A stretch of 64,000 nt of DNA from Candidatus Shapirobacteria bacterium (GCA_018052565.1 JAGPNC010000001.1:45512-109511), one strand, 5' to 3'. Counted from the first letter of the stretch, positions 39,516 to 48,420 are shown. Translations and numbers: made by a program. Notes: generated by a model not told the origin, from the sequence alone.

Positions 39516-39659
39516 ATTCGCCAAGAGGGGAAAGATATCGAGAAAATTATAAAAGAGAATAGTCATAAAATAAAATAGACCCAAGCTTAGCGTTTTAACA
39601 TCGATTCGACAAGTTCTGTAATTTTTTATCCTTAATACAATGCAAACATCACTAAGCTC

Positions 39660-41738
39660 ATGCCAAAAAAAATTACCAAAATAAACCAAAAATTTTCTTT
39701 AATTATTAACATCTCTTTTTTCCTTCTTTTCTTCTTTGTCCCACTTTTCTTCATCCCTCTAAATTCCGAAATTTTTGAAATTAATAAGATGCTCCTGAGC
39801 TTCGCCTTGGGGGCCACTATTTTTTGGGCTTGGACCAGCAAGGCCCTTTTGGGGGAAAACAAAAATTTTGAAAAAACACCTCTTTTCTTACCATTGCTTT
39901 CCTTTTGGCTTTCCCAACTCTTGGCCACCGTTTTCTCAATTCACCCCCGCACTTCCCTTCTCGGCTATTATACTCGCCTTAACGGCGGGCTTTTATCTCT
40001 CACTCTTTATCTTTTCCTTTATTTTGCCTTTGTCAACAATAGTGACGATGAGAAGACAAAAAGACTTTTTCTTCGAGCAAACCTCGGCGCCCTCTTTCTT
40101 GTTTGCTCCTATGGTATTCTGCAACACTTCGGTATTGATGACCAATTTTGGGCACAGGATGTCAAGCGCCGTGTTTTTTCAACCTTAGGCCAACCGAACT
40201 GGTTGGCCGCTTGGATTGACGCCTTAATCTTTCTCCCTCTTTTTTTTGCCTCAAACAAAAGTTTTTCCAAAAATAAACGCCTAAAGGCAAGCCTTCTTTT
40301 TATTATCAGCTTTATTTGCCTTCTTTTTACCCGCTCTCGTTCTGGTCTTCTATCTTTCTTGTTCATTTACCTTCCTTTTTGGCTTATTTTCTCATGGCTT
40401 AAGCCAAGACAGGAAAGAAAAGAACTCCTTCTTCCTTTTCTTCTCTTTAGTCTCTGTATTACCTTTTTAATCTTGATTATCGAACCGACATTAATAAAAG
40501 AAACCTTTTCGCCTTTCTTCCCTGCCACGGTTTCTTCTCCTCCTGAAAAAATCCCTTCAGTTGAGCAAGGAGGGAGCCCCTCAGAAGAAATTCGTAAAGT
40601 CGTTTGGCGAGGAGCGATAGAACTGGGGAAAAAATATCCCCTTTTAGGAACGGGGCCAGAAACCTTTGCCTGCTCTTATTATTGGGTAAGGCCCAAAGAG
40701 CATAACCTTTTATCAGAGTGGGATTTTCTCTATAATAAAGCCCATAACGAATATCTTAATTTTTTCGCCACGAGCGGCTGGTTTGGTCTCCTTACCTACC
40801 TGGGGTTCATCATCGCCTTCGTGATTATTTATTTTCAAAAAATTAGCCAACAGAAGAAGAACTTTTCTCAAAACGAAAATTTATTTTTAACCCTCGCTCT
40901 TTTTTGCGGCTTTTTAACAATTCTCATCACTAATTTCTTTGGTTTTTCTGTCGTTACCATAAACCTCCTTTTTTATCTCATCCCCGCCTTTATCTTCTCT
41001 CTTTTTAAAAAAAACCAAAATACCAACCAAAATAACTTATCAAAAACAAAAGATAATTTTGAGCCCAAAGCGCTCTTTTTTCTCCTTATTATTCCTCTTC
41101 TCTTTTCCTATTTTTTAATTATTAATTATTGGCTGGCAGATTACCATTTCGCTAAGGCAGAAAAATACGCTAACCAGCGCCAATATCTTTTGGCCAAAAA
41201 GGAATATGACCGCGCAAGGGGGAAAAACCCCCATGAGCCTCTTTACCAAAGTAATGCCGCTATAAATGCTGCTTATCTTACCGTAATTTCTAAAGAACAG
41301 GGGGAAGAAAAATTAGCTCAACAATTTGCCCAAGAAGCCCTAAGTCTAAGCCAAAAAGCAATCAAAAATAATCCTTACCACCTAAATTTTTATCGCCAAA
41401 GCGCCCAAACCCTCTTTCTATTAAGCCAAATTAATCCTCAATATCTTTCTCCCTTGGAAAAGGTTTTGCTTACCGCTCAAAAGCTTGCCCCCACTGACCC
41501 TAAACTTACTTATAACCTAGGAGTTTTAGCCTCAAGGGAAGGAAAATCCCAGGAAGCCATCAGCTGGCTGAAAAAAACAATCGAACTTAAACCAAACTAT
41601 GAAGCCGCTAGGCTCTCTTTGGCAAAAATTTATCAAGAAACAGGCGAAGAAAAAAGAGCTAAAGAGCAATTAGAATATTTGCTAGAATTTATTAATCCTA
41701 AAGATGAGGAGGCCCAAAAATTGCTTCAAGAGTTATAA
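39660..41738 (+). CDS. O-antigen ligase (Wzy_C)-like polytopic membrane protein with C-terminal TPR repeats
   Basis: At least 10 TM segments. Wzy_C-like loop GTGPETFACSYY...YNKAHNEYLNFFATSGWFG. C-terminal TPR-like helices. Confidence 0.6.
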   Translation: MPKKITKINQKFSLIINISFFLLFFFVPLFFIPLNSEIFEINKMLLSFALGATIFWAWTSKALLGENKNFEKTPLFLPLLSFWLSQLLATVFSIHPRTSLLGYYTRLNGGLLSLTLYLFLYFAFVNNSDDEKTKRLFLRANLGALFLVCSYGILQHFGIDDQFWAQDVKRRVFSTLGQPNWLAAWIDALIFLPLFFASNKSFSKNKRLKASLLFIISFICLLFTRSRSGLLSFLFIYLPFWLIFSWLKPRQERKELLLPFLLFSLCITFLILIIEPTLIKETFSPFFPATVSSPPEKIPSVEQGGSPSEEIRKVVWRGAIELGKKYPLLGTGPETFACSYYWVRPKEHNLLSEWDFLYNKAHNEYLNFFATSGWFGLLTYLGFIIAFVIIYFQKISQQKKNFSQNENLFLTLALFCGFLTILITNFFGFSVVTINLLFYLIPAFIFSLFKKNQNTNQNNLSKTKDNFEPKALFFLLIIPLLFSYFLIINYWLADYHFAKAEKYANQRQYLLAKKEYDRARGKNPHEPLYQSNAAINAAYLTVISKEQGEEKLAQQFAQEALSLSQKAIKNNPYHLNFYRQSAQTLFLLSQINPQYLSPLEKVLLTAQKLAPTDPKLTYNLGVLASREGKSQEAISWLKKTIELKPNYEAARLSLAKIYQETGEEKRAKEQLEYLLEFINPKDEEAQKLLQEL

Positions 41739-41811
41739 TTAGTAATAGGGGCCTTAATCTGCCGATGGCAGGCTCCATCTTTAATCGGGACAATTTTGAA
41801 AATATCACTTT

Positions 41812-42348
41812 ATGATTAAAGTCCTCACCGCCCCCCATCCAATATTGGCAAAAAAATCAAAACCGGTAAACGATTTCGGGCAGAAAACAAAAGACTTTTG
41901 CCGCCTCTTATCAGAGACTTTGTTGTCCTGCCAAAATCCGTCCGGCATTGGTCTCGCCGCACCTCAAGTGGGAAAAAACTGGCAAATTTTTGTTATCGCC
42001 CTGCCAGGAGAAAAACCAACCATCTTTATTAACCCAAAAATCATTAGCCATTCTAAAGAAAAGGCTTACTTTCTGCTAGAAAACGGAAAAAGCAAAAACA
42101 AGGAACCCTTCTTGGAGGGTTGCCTTTCTTTACCTAATATTTTTGGCGCTGTTAAGCGCTGGCCAGAAATTGAAGTAGAATATTCCCGCCCCGACGGAAA
42201 AAAACAAAAAGCCAGGCTAAAAAACCTTCCCGCCATTGTTTTTCAACACGAACAAGACCATCTCCAGGGGATCCTTTTTACCCAAAGAATCATCAAACAA
42301 AGAGGAGAAATTTTTCAAGATAAAAATGGCCAGCTGGAAAAAATCTAA
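41812..42348 (+). CDS. def: Peptide deformylase
   Basis: GIGLAAPQVG, EGCLS and QHEQDHLQG, the three PDF motifs. Confidence 0.9.
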   Translation: MIKVLTAPHPILAKKSKPVNDFGQKTKDFCRLLSETLLSCQNPSGIGLAAPQVGKNWQIFVIALPGEKPTIFINPKIISHSKEKAYFLLENGKSKNKEPFLEGCLSLPNIFGAVKRWPEIEVEYSRPDGKKQKARLKNLPAIVFQHEQDHLQGILFTQRIIKQRGEIFQDKNGQLEKI

Positions 42349-43243
42349 ACCTTCCTTTTCTTTGGTCTTCTTTGGCTCGTCGGAGCATTCCAATCAAATC
42401 CTGGAAGCACTTCTCGGCGTAAAACTTTGCAAAGTTGTTCTCACAGTTACTCAACCACCTAAACCGGCAGGTCGCCATAAAACACCTAAACCATCGCCAG
42501 TAGCCATTTTTAGTCGTAAGAAAAAAATCCCCTTTTTAGAAACAAATAAGCTTAACAACGAAACAATTAAAATTATCAAAAACAATAATCCCGATGTCGG
42601 AGTAATTGCCGCCTACGGACAAATTATCCCCCAAACTCTAATCGATATTTTCCCCGCCGGTATCATCAATTTTCACCCCTCCTATCTTCCCGAGCTTCGT
42701 GGCCCAAGCCCCGTCCAAAGTGCCATTTTGCAAAACAAAAAAACTACCGGTATCTCTTTAATCTTAATTGACAAGAAAATTGATCATGGCCCTATCTTAG
42801 CGCAAAAAAAAATAGCCATTTTCCCTAATGATAATCAAGCTACCCTTTCCCAACGTCTTTTTAAAGAAGGCGCAAAATTAATAGGAAAAACTTTGCCTCA
42901 ATACCTAAGGGGGGAAATTAAACCCTGCCCCCAAGATCATCGCCGCGCCACCTACACGCCACTTCTTTCTCGCAATGACGGTTTTATTAAACCAGAAGAG
43001 TTAAAAGAGGCAGTTAAGGATGATGGGGAAAAAGCAAGCTTAATTGAAAGAAGGTGGCGTGCTTATCATCCTTGGCCTGGCATCTATACTTTTCTTGCCT
43101 TACCGCCAAAGCCTCCCCAAAGAGTAAAGATTCTCTCGCTCCATCTTGAAGGCAAAAAACTAATCCTGGATCAAGTGCAATTTGAAGGGAGAAAACCCAT
43201 TTCTTGGGATAAAAACTTAAACAAAATCTATTTCGGGGAATGA
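42326..43243 (+). CDS. fmt: Methionyl-tRNA formyltransferase
   Basis: LVFFGSSEHSNQILEAL N-terminal Rossmann. IINFHPSYLPELRGPSPVQSAIL formyltransferase motif. Start reset to the in-frame ATG at 42326. The track start at 42236 would overlap def by 113 nt. Confidence 0.85.
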   Translation: MASWKKSKPSFSLVFFGSSEHSNQILEALLGVKLCKVVLTVTQPPKPAGRHKTPKPSPVAIFSRKKKIPFLETNKLNNETIKIIKNNNPDVGVIAAYGQIIPQTLIDIFPAGIINFHPSYLPELRGPSPVQSAILQNKKTTGISLILIDKKIDHGPILAQKKIAIFPNDNQATLSQRLFKEGAKLIGKTLPQYLRGEIKPCPQDHRRATYTPLLSRNDGFIKPEELKEAVKDDGEKASLIERRWRAYHPWPGIYTFLALPPKPPQRVKILSLHLEGKKLILDQVQFEGRKPISWDKNLNKIYFGE

Positions 43244-44196
43244 AAAAAAGAATTTTCATTTTTTTAATACCTCTTTTAACCCTTAGCCTTACTGCTTTTA
43301 TTTTTTCCCAAAGAAAAAAGAACCAATCATCGCCTATTATTTCCCCCCTTATTATAAAAGAAGATATTTTTTCCCAAGGGAATAAAGAACTAACTTGGCG
43401 CCCAGAAAAACAACCTGATTTTTTGAATGAAGACAAAATCCTCATCGAAGCCAAGTCAGCTCTTACTATTGACTGGACCACCAACCAAATTCTTTTTGCC
43501 AAAAACGCCAACCAAGCCCTACCTATTGCTTCTCTTACCAAGCTGATGACCGCCTTGGTGGCTCAAGAAATTGCCCCTCTTGAAACAAAACTAATCGTTT
43601 CCCAAGAGGCGGTTAAAGATGGTGAGGCAAGCATGGGGCTATTACCATACGAAAAACTAACTTTAAAAGAACTCCTTTATGGCCTTTTACTTGTTTCCGG
43701 TAATGATGCCGCTAATGTTATCGCCGAAAACTTAGGCGGCCGAGAACAAACTTTTGTCGCCATAATGAATCAAAAGGCCAAACAGTTAGGGCTGGAAAAA
43801 ACTATCTTTTATAATCCCCATGGCCTAGATGAAGAAAATCGCCCTCCCAATCAAAGCAGTGCCTACGAATTAGCCATCCTTACCCGTGCCCTACTGGATC
43901 AATTCCCCGAAACGCGAGAAATTGTTAAAACAGCGGAAATTGTCTTGCCCGCTAATGAAGATCATCAAGAATATCGCCTTAAGAACGTTTTAGGCCTTGA
44001 AGAAACTTATCCCGGTATGCTCGGTGTTAAACCCGGAAATACTTTCAGCGCCGGCTATTGCTTGGTCGGCCTGGCTCAAAAAGATAACCATGAAGTTCTT
44101 GCCATTCTTCTTAACTCGCCTAGCCCCAAAAAAGAGGTTCAAAAATTATTCGACTTTAGCTTTGGCCAAATTTCCCTTTCCCCCATTCCCCACTAG
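43240..44196 (+). CDS. D-alanyl-D-alanine carboxypeptidase (peptidase S11, PBP5/6-like)
   Basis: Signal/TM N-terminus. SxxK active site IASLTKLMT. SGN motif (LVSGNDAAN). KPG motif (GVKPGNT). Confidence 0.75.
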   Translation: MKKRIFIFLIPLLTLSLTAFIFSQRKKNQSSPIISPLIIKEDIFSQGNKELTWRPEKQPDFLNEDKILIEAKSALTIDWTTNQILFAKNANQALPIASLTKLMTALVAQEIAPLETKLIVSQEAVKDGEASMGLLPYEKLTLKELLYGLLLVSGNDAANVIAENLGGREQTFVAIMNQKAKQLGLEKTIFYNPHGLDEENRPPNQSSAYELAILTRALLDQFPETREIVKTAEIVLPANEDHQEYRLKNVLGLEETYPGMLGVKPGNTFSAGYCLVGLAQKDNHEVLAILLNSPSPKKEVQKLFDFSFGQISLSPIPH

Positions 44197-44397
44197 CTTT
44201 CCTTCCTTTTTTAATTTCTTCAAGCAACCAGTACACACTCTTATTTTTTTCTCCTCCCCCTTTTCTAAAATTGTCGCTTTCTGCAAATTTGGCATCCGCC
44301 GCACCTCTACCCTTTTTTTGATCCACTTGCCAGTACCGGTACGAATAATCCTCTTTCCCTTTGCTGGCCCTTTACCACAAATTTGACATCGTGCCAT
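44146..44397 (-). CDS. rpmB: 50S ribosomal protein L28
   Basis: MARCQICGKGPAKGKRIIRTGTGKWIKKRVEVRR...CTGCLK, an L28 zinc-ribbon-like pattern, with a Lys-rich tail. Confidence 0.8.
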   Translation of the reverse strand: MARCQICGKGPAKGKRIIRTGTGKWIKKRVEVRRMPNLQKATILEKGEEKKIRVCTGCLKKLKKEGKLVGNGGKGNLAKAKVE

Positions 44398-44501
44398 AGC
44401 GTTATTTTTTTTAAAAATTTAAAAACTGCCTATTAATTTTCTCTAATTCTTCTGTGCTATACTAACACAGTAAACCTAAATTATCAATTGTCTGATCAAA
44501 A

Positions 44502-45152
44502 GTGCTTGCTTATCTTTTTGCTGACCCCCTTTCTTTCTTCCTCTTCTTAATGGCTTTGTTTTTGGCACTTTCTATCCACGAGGCTTCTCACGCCTGGGCA
44601 GCTGACCGTTTAGGTGATCCTACCGCTCGCTTTTCTGACCGGCTCACTCTTAACCCCCTTGCTCATCTTGATCCCCTCGGAACCCTAATGCTCCTTCTTT
44701 TCGGTTTCGGCTGGGGAAAGCCTGTACCCATCGACTCTTTTAATCTCCGCCATCCTCGCCGCGACACGGCTCTTATTTCTCTCGCCGGTCCCCTCTCAAA
44801 TCTTACCTTAGCAATTCTGGTTTCTCTTCTTTGGCATTTGACGGCCTTTCTTTATCCAGCGGCCACTCATTTTCTCTCTTTATTCCTCTCCCCCCTTCTC
44901 CAACTAAATCTAATGTTGGGTATTTTTAATCTTCTTCCCCTTCAACCTTTGGACGGGGAAAAAATTTTAACCGGCCTTCTCCCTTCCCCCCAAGCAGAAA
45001 AGGTAGCCACCTTTTTAGAAAATTATAGCCTCTTTCTTCTTATCCTCCTTTTCCTTCCCTTGTTCCGCGGCTACTCTCTTCTTGATTTTCTCATTACACC
45101 ACTCGTTAATTTTTTGGAAAATTTCCTTGCTCCTACCCCTTCTCTCCTTTAA
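44502..45152 (+). CDS. M50-family membrane zinc metalloprotease (SpoIVFB-like)
   Basis: HEASH zinc motif inside a TM helix. Downstream LDGG-like motif (LQPLDGEKI). 216 aa, no PDZ. Confidence 0.7.
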   Translation: MLAYLFADPLSFFLFLMALFLALSIHEASHAWAADRLGDPTARFSDRLTLNPLAHLDPLGTLMLLLFGFGWGKPVPIDSFNLRHPRRDTALISLAGPLSNLTLAILVSLLWHLTAFLYPAATHFLSLFLSPLLQLNLMLGIFNLLPLQPLDGEKILTGLLPSPQAEKVATFLENYSLFLLILLFLPLFRGYSLLDFLITPLVNFLENFLAPTPSLL

Positions 45153-45538
45153 AGCTAAAAAAATAGTCCTGCCTTGAGGTTTAAACAAGAAGTGTTCCCC
45201 GGAAAAACGTCCAGGTGGGTTCCCGTCTGCTCTCCAAAGAGAGCAGAACTTCGGATCCCTACACTCATTGTTGGTGAGGAAGACTCTCTTGCTTTGCTTC
45301 CCCTCGTCAGCAGGACTAATTAAAGAATAACAAAAATAAACTTTCTTGTCAACACCGCTCTTTTCTGCTAAAATCAAATTCACCAGATGAGGCAACACTT
45401 TAACGCTTAATATTTCAGAATCATTAATTGTTGTCCTTGCCTTCTTGGCTTAATAGCAAAGTAACTGTCTTTTACCAGAGATATCCTGCCAAATTTGATA
45501 AAATTTAATGGAGCCTAGGAATACCGTAAAAGCGGCTT

Positions 45539-45613
45539 GCCGGGGTAACTCAGTGGCAGAGTAGCTGTTTTGTAAACAGCAAGTCGTGGGTTCAAATCCC
45601 ACCTCCGGCTCCA
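45539..45613 (+). tRNA. tRNA-Thr (TGT)
   Basis: Acceptor GCCGGGG/CTCCGGC. Anticodon stem GCTGT/ACAGC, loop TTTGTAA. T-arm GTGGGTTCAAATCCCAC. CCA encoded. Confidence 0.85.
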
Positions 45614-45633
45614 AAAAGGAAAGTTAGAAATAT

Positions 45634-45706
45634 GCCTGGGTAGCTCAGTTGGCAGAGCGCGTCTTTGGTAAAGACGAGGTCTCGGGTTCGATCCCCGACT
45701 CAGGCT
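45634..45706 (+). tRNA. tRNA-Thr (GGT)
   Basis: Acceptor GCCTGGG/CTCAGGC. Anticodon stem CGTCT/AGACG, loop TTGGTAA. T-arm TCGGGTTCGATCCCCGA. Resembles E. coli thrV. Confidence 0.85.
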
Positions 45707-45930
45707 CAGGGATGACTTTTTGAAAAAAATAGGTTAAAATAAAGAAGATGAGCCAAAAAGCGAAAAAGAAAAATGTCAATTTTCAAGCAAAGCCAAAGCA
45801 GAGTGGTTTTTACCAGCAATTACTAGCTTATTTTGAAACTAAAAGGCTCAAGACTTTGGGAAAAATAAAATTTCAAAATCCCCACTGGTGGCAATTAAAA
45901 GACAGAAGTAGTAAAAATAAAAAATAGAAT

Positions 45931-46104
45931 ATGGCAAAAAAGGGCGCGCGGCAGTTTATTGGTTTGGTCTGTTCTGTTTGTGGTCACCAAAACTACACAA
46001 GCCAGAAAAACAAAACCAATAGCCCGGAAAAAGTCACCATCAAAAAATACTGCTCTTCCTGCCACAAGACTACTGACCACAAGGAGACGAGCAAATTGAA
46101 GTAA
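45931..46104 (+). CDS. rpmG: 50S ribosomal protein L33 (not in the ORF track because it is under 60 aa)
   Basis: Translation MAKKGARQFIGLVCSVCGHQNYTSQKNKTNSPEKVTIKKYCSSCHKTTDHKETSKLK. Cys4 zinc ribbon. Canonical position between tRNA-Thr and tRNA-Trp. Confidence 0.85.
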   Translation: MAKKGARQFIGLVCSVCGHQNYTSQKNKTNSPEKVTIKKYCSSCHKTTDHKETSKLK

Positions 46105-46111
46105 AAATTAA

Positions 46112-46187
46112 AGGGACGTAGCTCAACTGGTAGAGCCGCGGTCTCCAAAACCGCAGGTTAGAGGTTCAAGCCCTCTCGTCCCTGCCA
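46112..46187 (+). tRNA. tRNA-Trp (CCA)
   Basis: Acceptor AGGGACG/CGTCCCT. Anticodon loop CTCCAAA. T-arm GAGGTTCAAGCCCTC. CCA encoded. Canonical location after rpmG. Confidence 0.9.
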
Positions 46188-46191
46188 AAAA

Positions 46192-46827
46192 CTAGCGACT
46201 CTCCTGGTACAAAATCCAATCAGTACTATTGACCACCCCATCTCTATTAATATCAAATTCCTCATTGCTCGTGCCAAAAACCCTTTTAAAATCATCTAGG
46301 GTATATTCTCCTGGAGAAATGGTAGGCGATGAACTCGGAGACAAACTCTTTGTGGGCTCCACTGTCACCGATGAGGGGACACTGGTGGGCAAAACAGGAG
46401 AAACTGCCGGTGAAATCTCCAAGGGCACTTTTGCCGCAGATTCCTTGGTAGTAAAAGAATAAGGGGCACCATTATCATCATAAACTTCTTCTCCTGCTCG
46501 AAGACGAAAATAATAAATTGTTTCTGGTAGGAGTGGCGAAAGAACAACGCTATGGTTAGTAGTTTCAGCCGTTTCTGTTGCCCGCAATAAAAAACTTCCT
46601 GGCGTCGTTCCATATTCTATTTGCCCAATCGTTGGCTCCGCTGTTTGCCAAGAAACCGTCGCGCTATTAGCGGTAATATTGGCCACTCGCACGCCCTGAG
46701 GTTTCACTTCTCCCGTTGCTCCTCCCAAAAAAGTTCTTATCGTACCCATCTGCCAGATTACTATTCCCACTGCCACCAGCCCCAAAATCCCTCCGCCCGC
46801 CATCAAAACTATTTTTTTATTCTTCAT
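46192..46827 (-). CDS. Membrane-anchored fibronectin-III domain protein with C-terminal dockerin-like repeat
   Basis: N-terminal TM anchor. FN3-like segment VRVANITANSATVSWQTAEPTIGQIEYGTT...IYYFRLRA. Ser/Pro linker. C-terminal DINRDGVVNSTDWILY matches the dockerin Ca-binding repeat D-x-N-x-DG-x-VN-x-xD. Confidence 0.55.
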   Translation of the reverse strand: MKNKKIVLMAGGGILGLVAVGIVIWQMGTIRTFLGGATGEVKPQGVRVANITANSATVSWQTAEPTIGQIEYGTTPGSFLLRATETAETTNHSVVLSPLLPETIYYFRLRAGEEVYDDNGAPYSFTTKESAAKVPLEISPAVSPVLPTSVPSSVTVEPTKSLSPSSSPTISPGEYTLDDFKRVFGTSNEEFDINRDGVVNSTDWILYQESR

Positions 46828-46841
46828 CTCTCAACTCAATT

Positions 46842-47519
46842 TTAGGCGAGACTATTTTCTCTTTTTTTGAAAAACCAAGCTAAACCTCCTGCCGCAAGGA
46901 AAAAGCCTATCCCTAAAAGTTCCCCTGTTAATTCAAACACACCCGTCTTGGGCAAGGCGGTTGAGGTTGCTTCACTGGTTGGCGTTACCCCTCCTTCCAC
47001 CCCCGTCGTTGCCGCCGTAATCGTGTAAGAACCAGTTCCATTAGCACTGCACAAAATCACGTCAATCTGCCCCTCGTTTATGTTAGAATCTGCTGTTGAA
47101 CCGCTTTGGCAACTAAAGGTGAGCCTGGCTGTTCCTGCTTTTTTTGCTCTAAAATTAATTGTTGCAAGCGTCCCTGTTCCTGTTTTAGGGGCATTACTAT
47201 CAGCAATACCATAAATTTTTATTTCTCCCAGAACACTGGTATCGCTGGTTGTAGTTGGGAAAAAAAGTCCCTCTCCAACGCTGATTACTTCTAAAAGGCC
47301 ACTATCAAACGCTATTACCGCATCGGCGCTATTAATATTTTTGCCACCGGTGTTAATTTCTACCACTACAGCTAATGTCTCCCCTACTTTTATGGTGGTA
47401 GCGGCGGGAGAAAAAGAAAAATGAGGTGACGAAGTTTGTGCCCATACTGCGCCTTCCCCCAACAAGACGCCCGCATACGCTACTGTGATAAAGGAAAAGA
47501 AAAGTTTCCGAATACTCAT
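46842..47519 (-). CDS. Secreted cohesin-like domain protein with LPXTG sortase sorting signal
   Basis: Signal peptide. Cohesin-like strand pattern VGETLAVVVEINTGGKNINSADAVIAFDSGLLEVISVGEG. C-terminal LPKTG, hydrophobic helix and KKRE tail, the classic sortase substrate. Confidence 0.55.
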   Translation of the reverse strand: MSIRKLFFSFITVAYAGVLLGEGAVWAQTSSPHFSFSPAATTIKVGETLAVVVEINTGGKNINSADAVIAFDSGLLEVISVGEGLFFPTTTSDTSVLGEIKIYGIADSNAPKTGTGTLATINFRAKKAGTARLTFSCQSGSTADSNINEGQIDVILCSANGTGSYTITAATTGVEGGVTPTSEATSTALPKTGVFELTGELLGIGFFLAAGGLAWFFKKRENSLA

Positions 47520-47656
47520 TTCCTAACCATCTTATAATAACAAAACTCCCGATGTCAAGGAGAAAATTTTTCCTAAAATTAGGAATAATAGGTATGGCTT
47601 ATTACCTTCTACCAAAAAAACACAAGGGGAAAAAGCAAAATCAAACAAAAAAAATG

Positions 47657-48403
47657 TTACACCGCTACGTTTATGCCCGGTCCTATGGTGGCACAAATTG
47701 TCACTTTTTTGATATTTTCCTTCCCCACTCCCTCAATCACCGCTTGCAAATTCTTTTGCAATTCTGCCTCTGGCTGACTAACTTGACCAAAAACCAGATG
47801 AACTAGAGGGGCTTTCTTTTCTGTCCGCACTACCACTACCCCCTTTCCCATCTCTTCTGCTACCTTCTGGGGGTTTTGCACTAAAGTGCCATTTTTCGGG
47901 TTAGGCATTAAACCCGCGGGCCCTAGAATTTTCGCATAAGGCAAAAGAGCAGGCATTACTTGAGGACTAGCGAGAAGGATATCAAAATCAATTTGCCCTT
48001 TTTTAATCTTTCCGACTACGGCAGGATCATCGGCAATAGCAATTTTCTTCTGCTTACCCGTTGGATAGGGAAAGTTTACCCTCGCCGTCAAACCTACCCT
48101 CTTTACCACTAAATGAGCTTCTGCTTTTCCTTCAAAATGACTAATTGAAGTCTTCTTTAATAAAGCCACCGCCTCTTTGGGGGAATACTTTTTTCCTCTC
48201 TCTAAAAAAGCTGCTACCTGCCGGTACTTTTTTCCCCTTTCTTTTCTTTTCAGTGCTTTTTTGCCTTGATCCTTCTCGCCCTTTTCCTGTTTATTAGCCA
48301 CCTTTCTCCTTTTTAATGTTTTTCCCTCTCTTTCTTCAACTTTCCTCTCCGCCTCTTCCTTTTTTTGATTTTTGCCAACTAAGGTAATTCTTTTTTTACC
48401 CAT
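47657..48403 (-). CDS. rplA: 50S ribosomal protein L1
   Basis: L1 fold motifs (PLVHLVFGQVS...TIGPGINV) with a Lys-rich N-terminal extension. Confidence 0.9.
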   Translation of the reverse strand: MGKKRITLVGKNQKKEEAERKVEEREGKTLKRRKVANKQEKGEKDQGKKALKRKERGKKYRQVAAFLERGKKYSPKEAVALLKKTSISHFEGKAEAHLVVKRVGLTARVNFPYPTGKQKKIAIADDPAVVGKIKKGQIDFDILLASPQVMPALLPYAKILGPAGLMPNPKNGTLVQNPQKVAEEMGKGVVVVRTEKKAPLVHLVFGQVSQPEAELQKNLQAVIEGVGKENIKKVTICATIGPGINVAV

Positions 48404-48420
48404 AATAAAATTAAATTTTT

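Noticed and set aside
42236-42325. Upstream start for fmt given by the ORF track (335 aa)
   Set aside because: That start would overlap def by 113 nt. The in-frame ATG at 42326 gives a canonical Fmt N-terminus (LVFFGSSEHS...) and the typical short def-fmt overlap.
45015-45398. 127-aa minus-strand ORF spanning the M50 protease 3' end and the structured spacer
   Set aside because: It overlaps a well-supported gene in antisense and runs through a region better explained as a structured non-coding element.
47552-47806. 84-aa plus-strand ORF in the rplA-cohesin spacer and into rplA
   Set aside because: It overlaps rplA in antisense and has no features.
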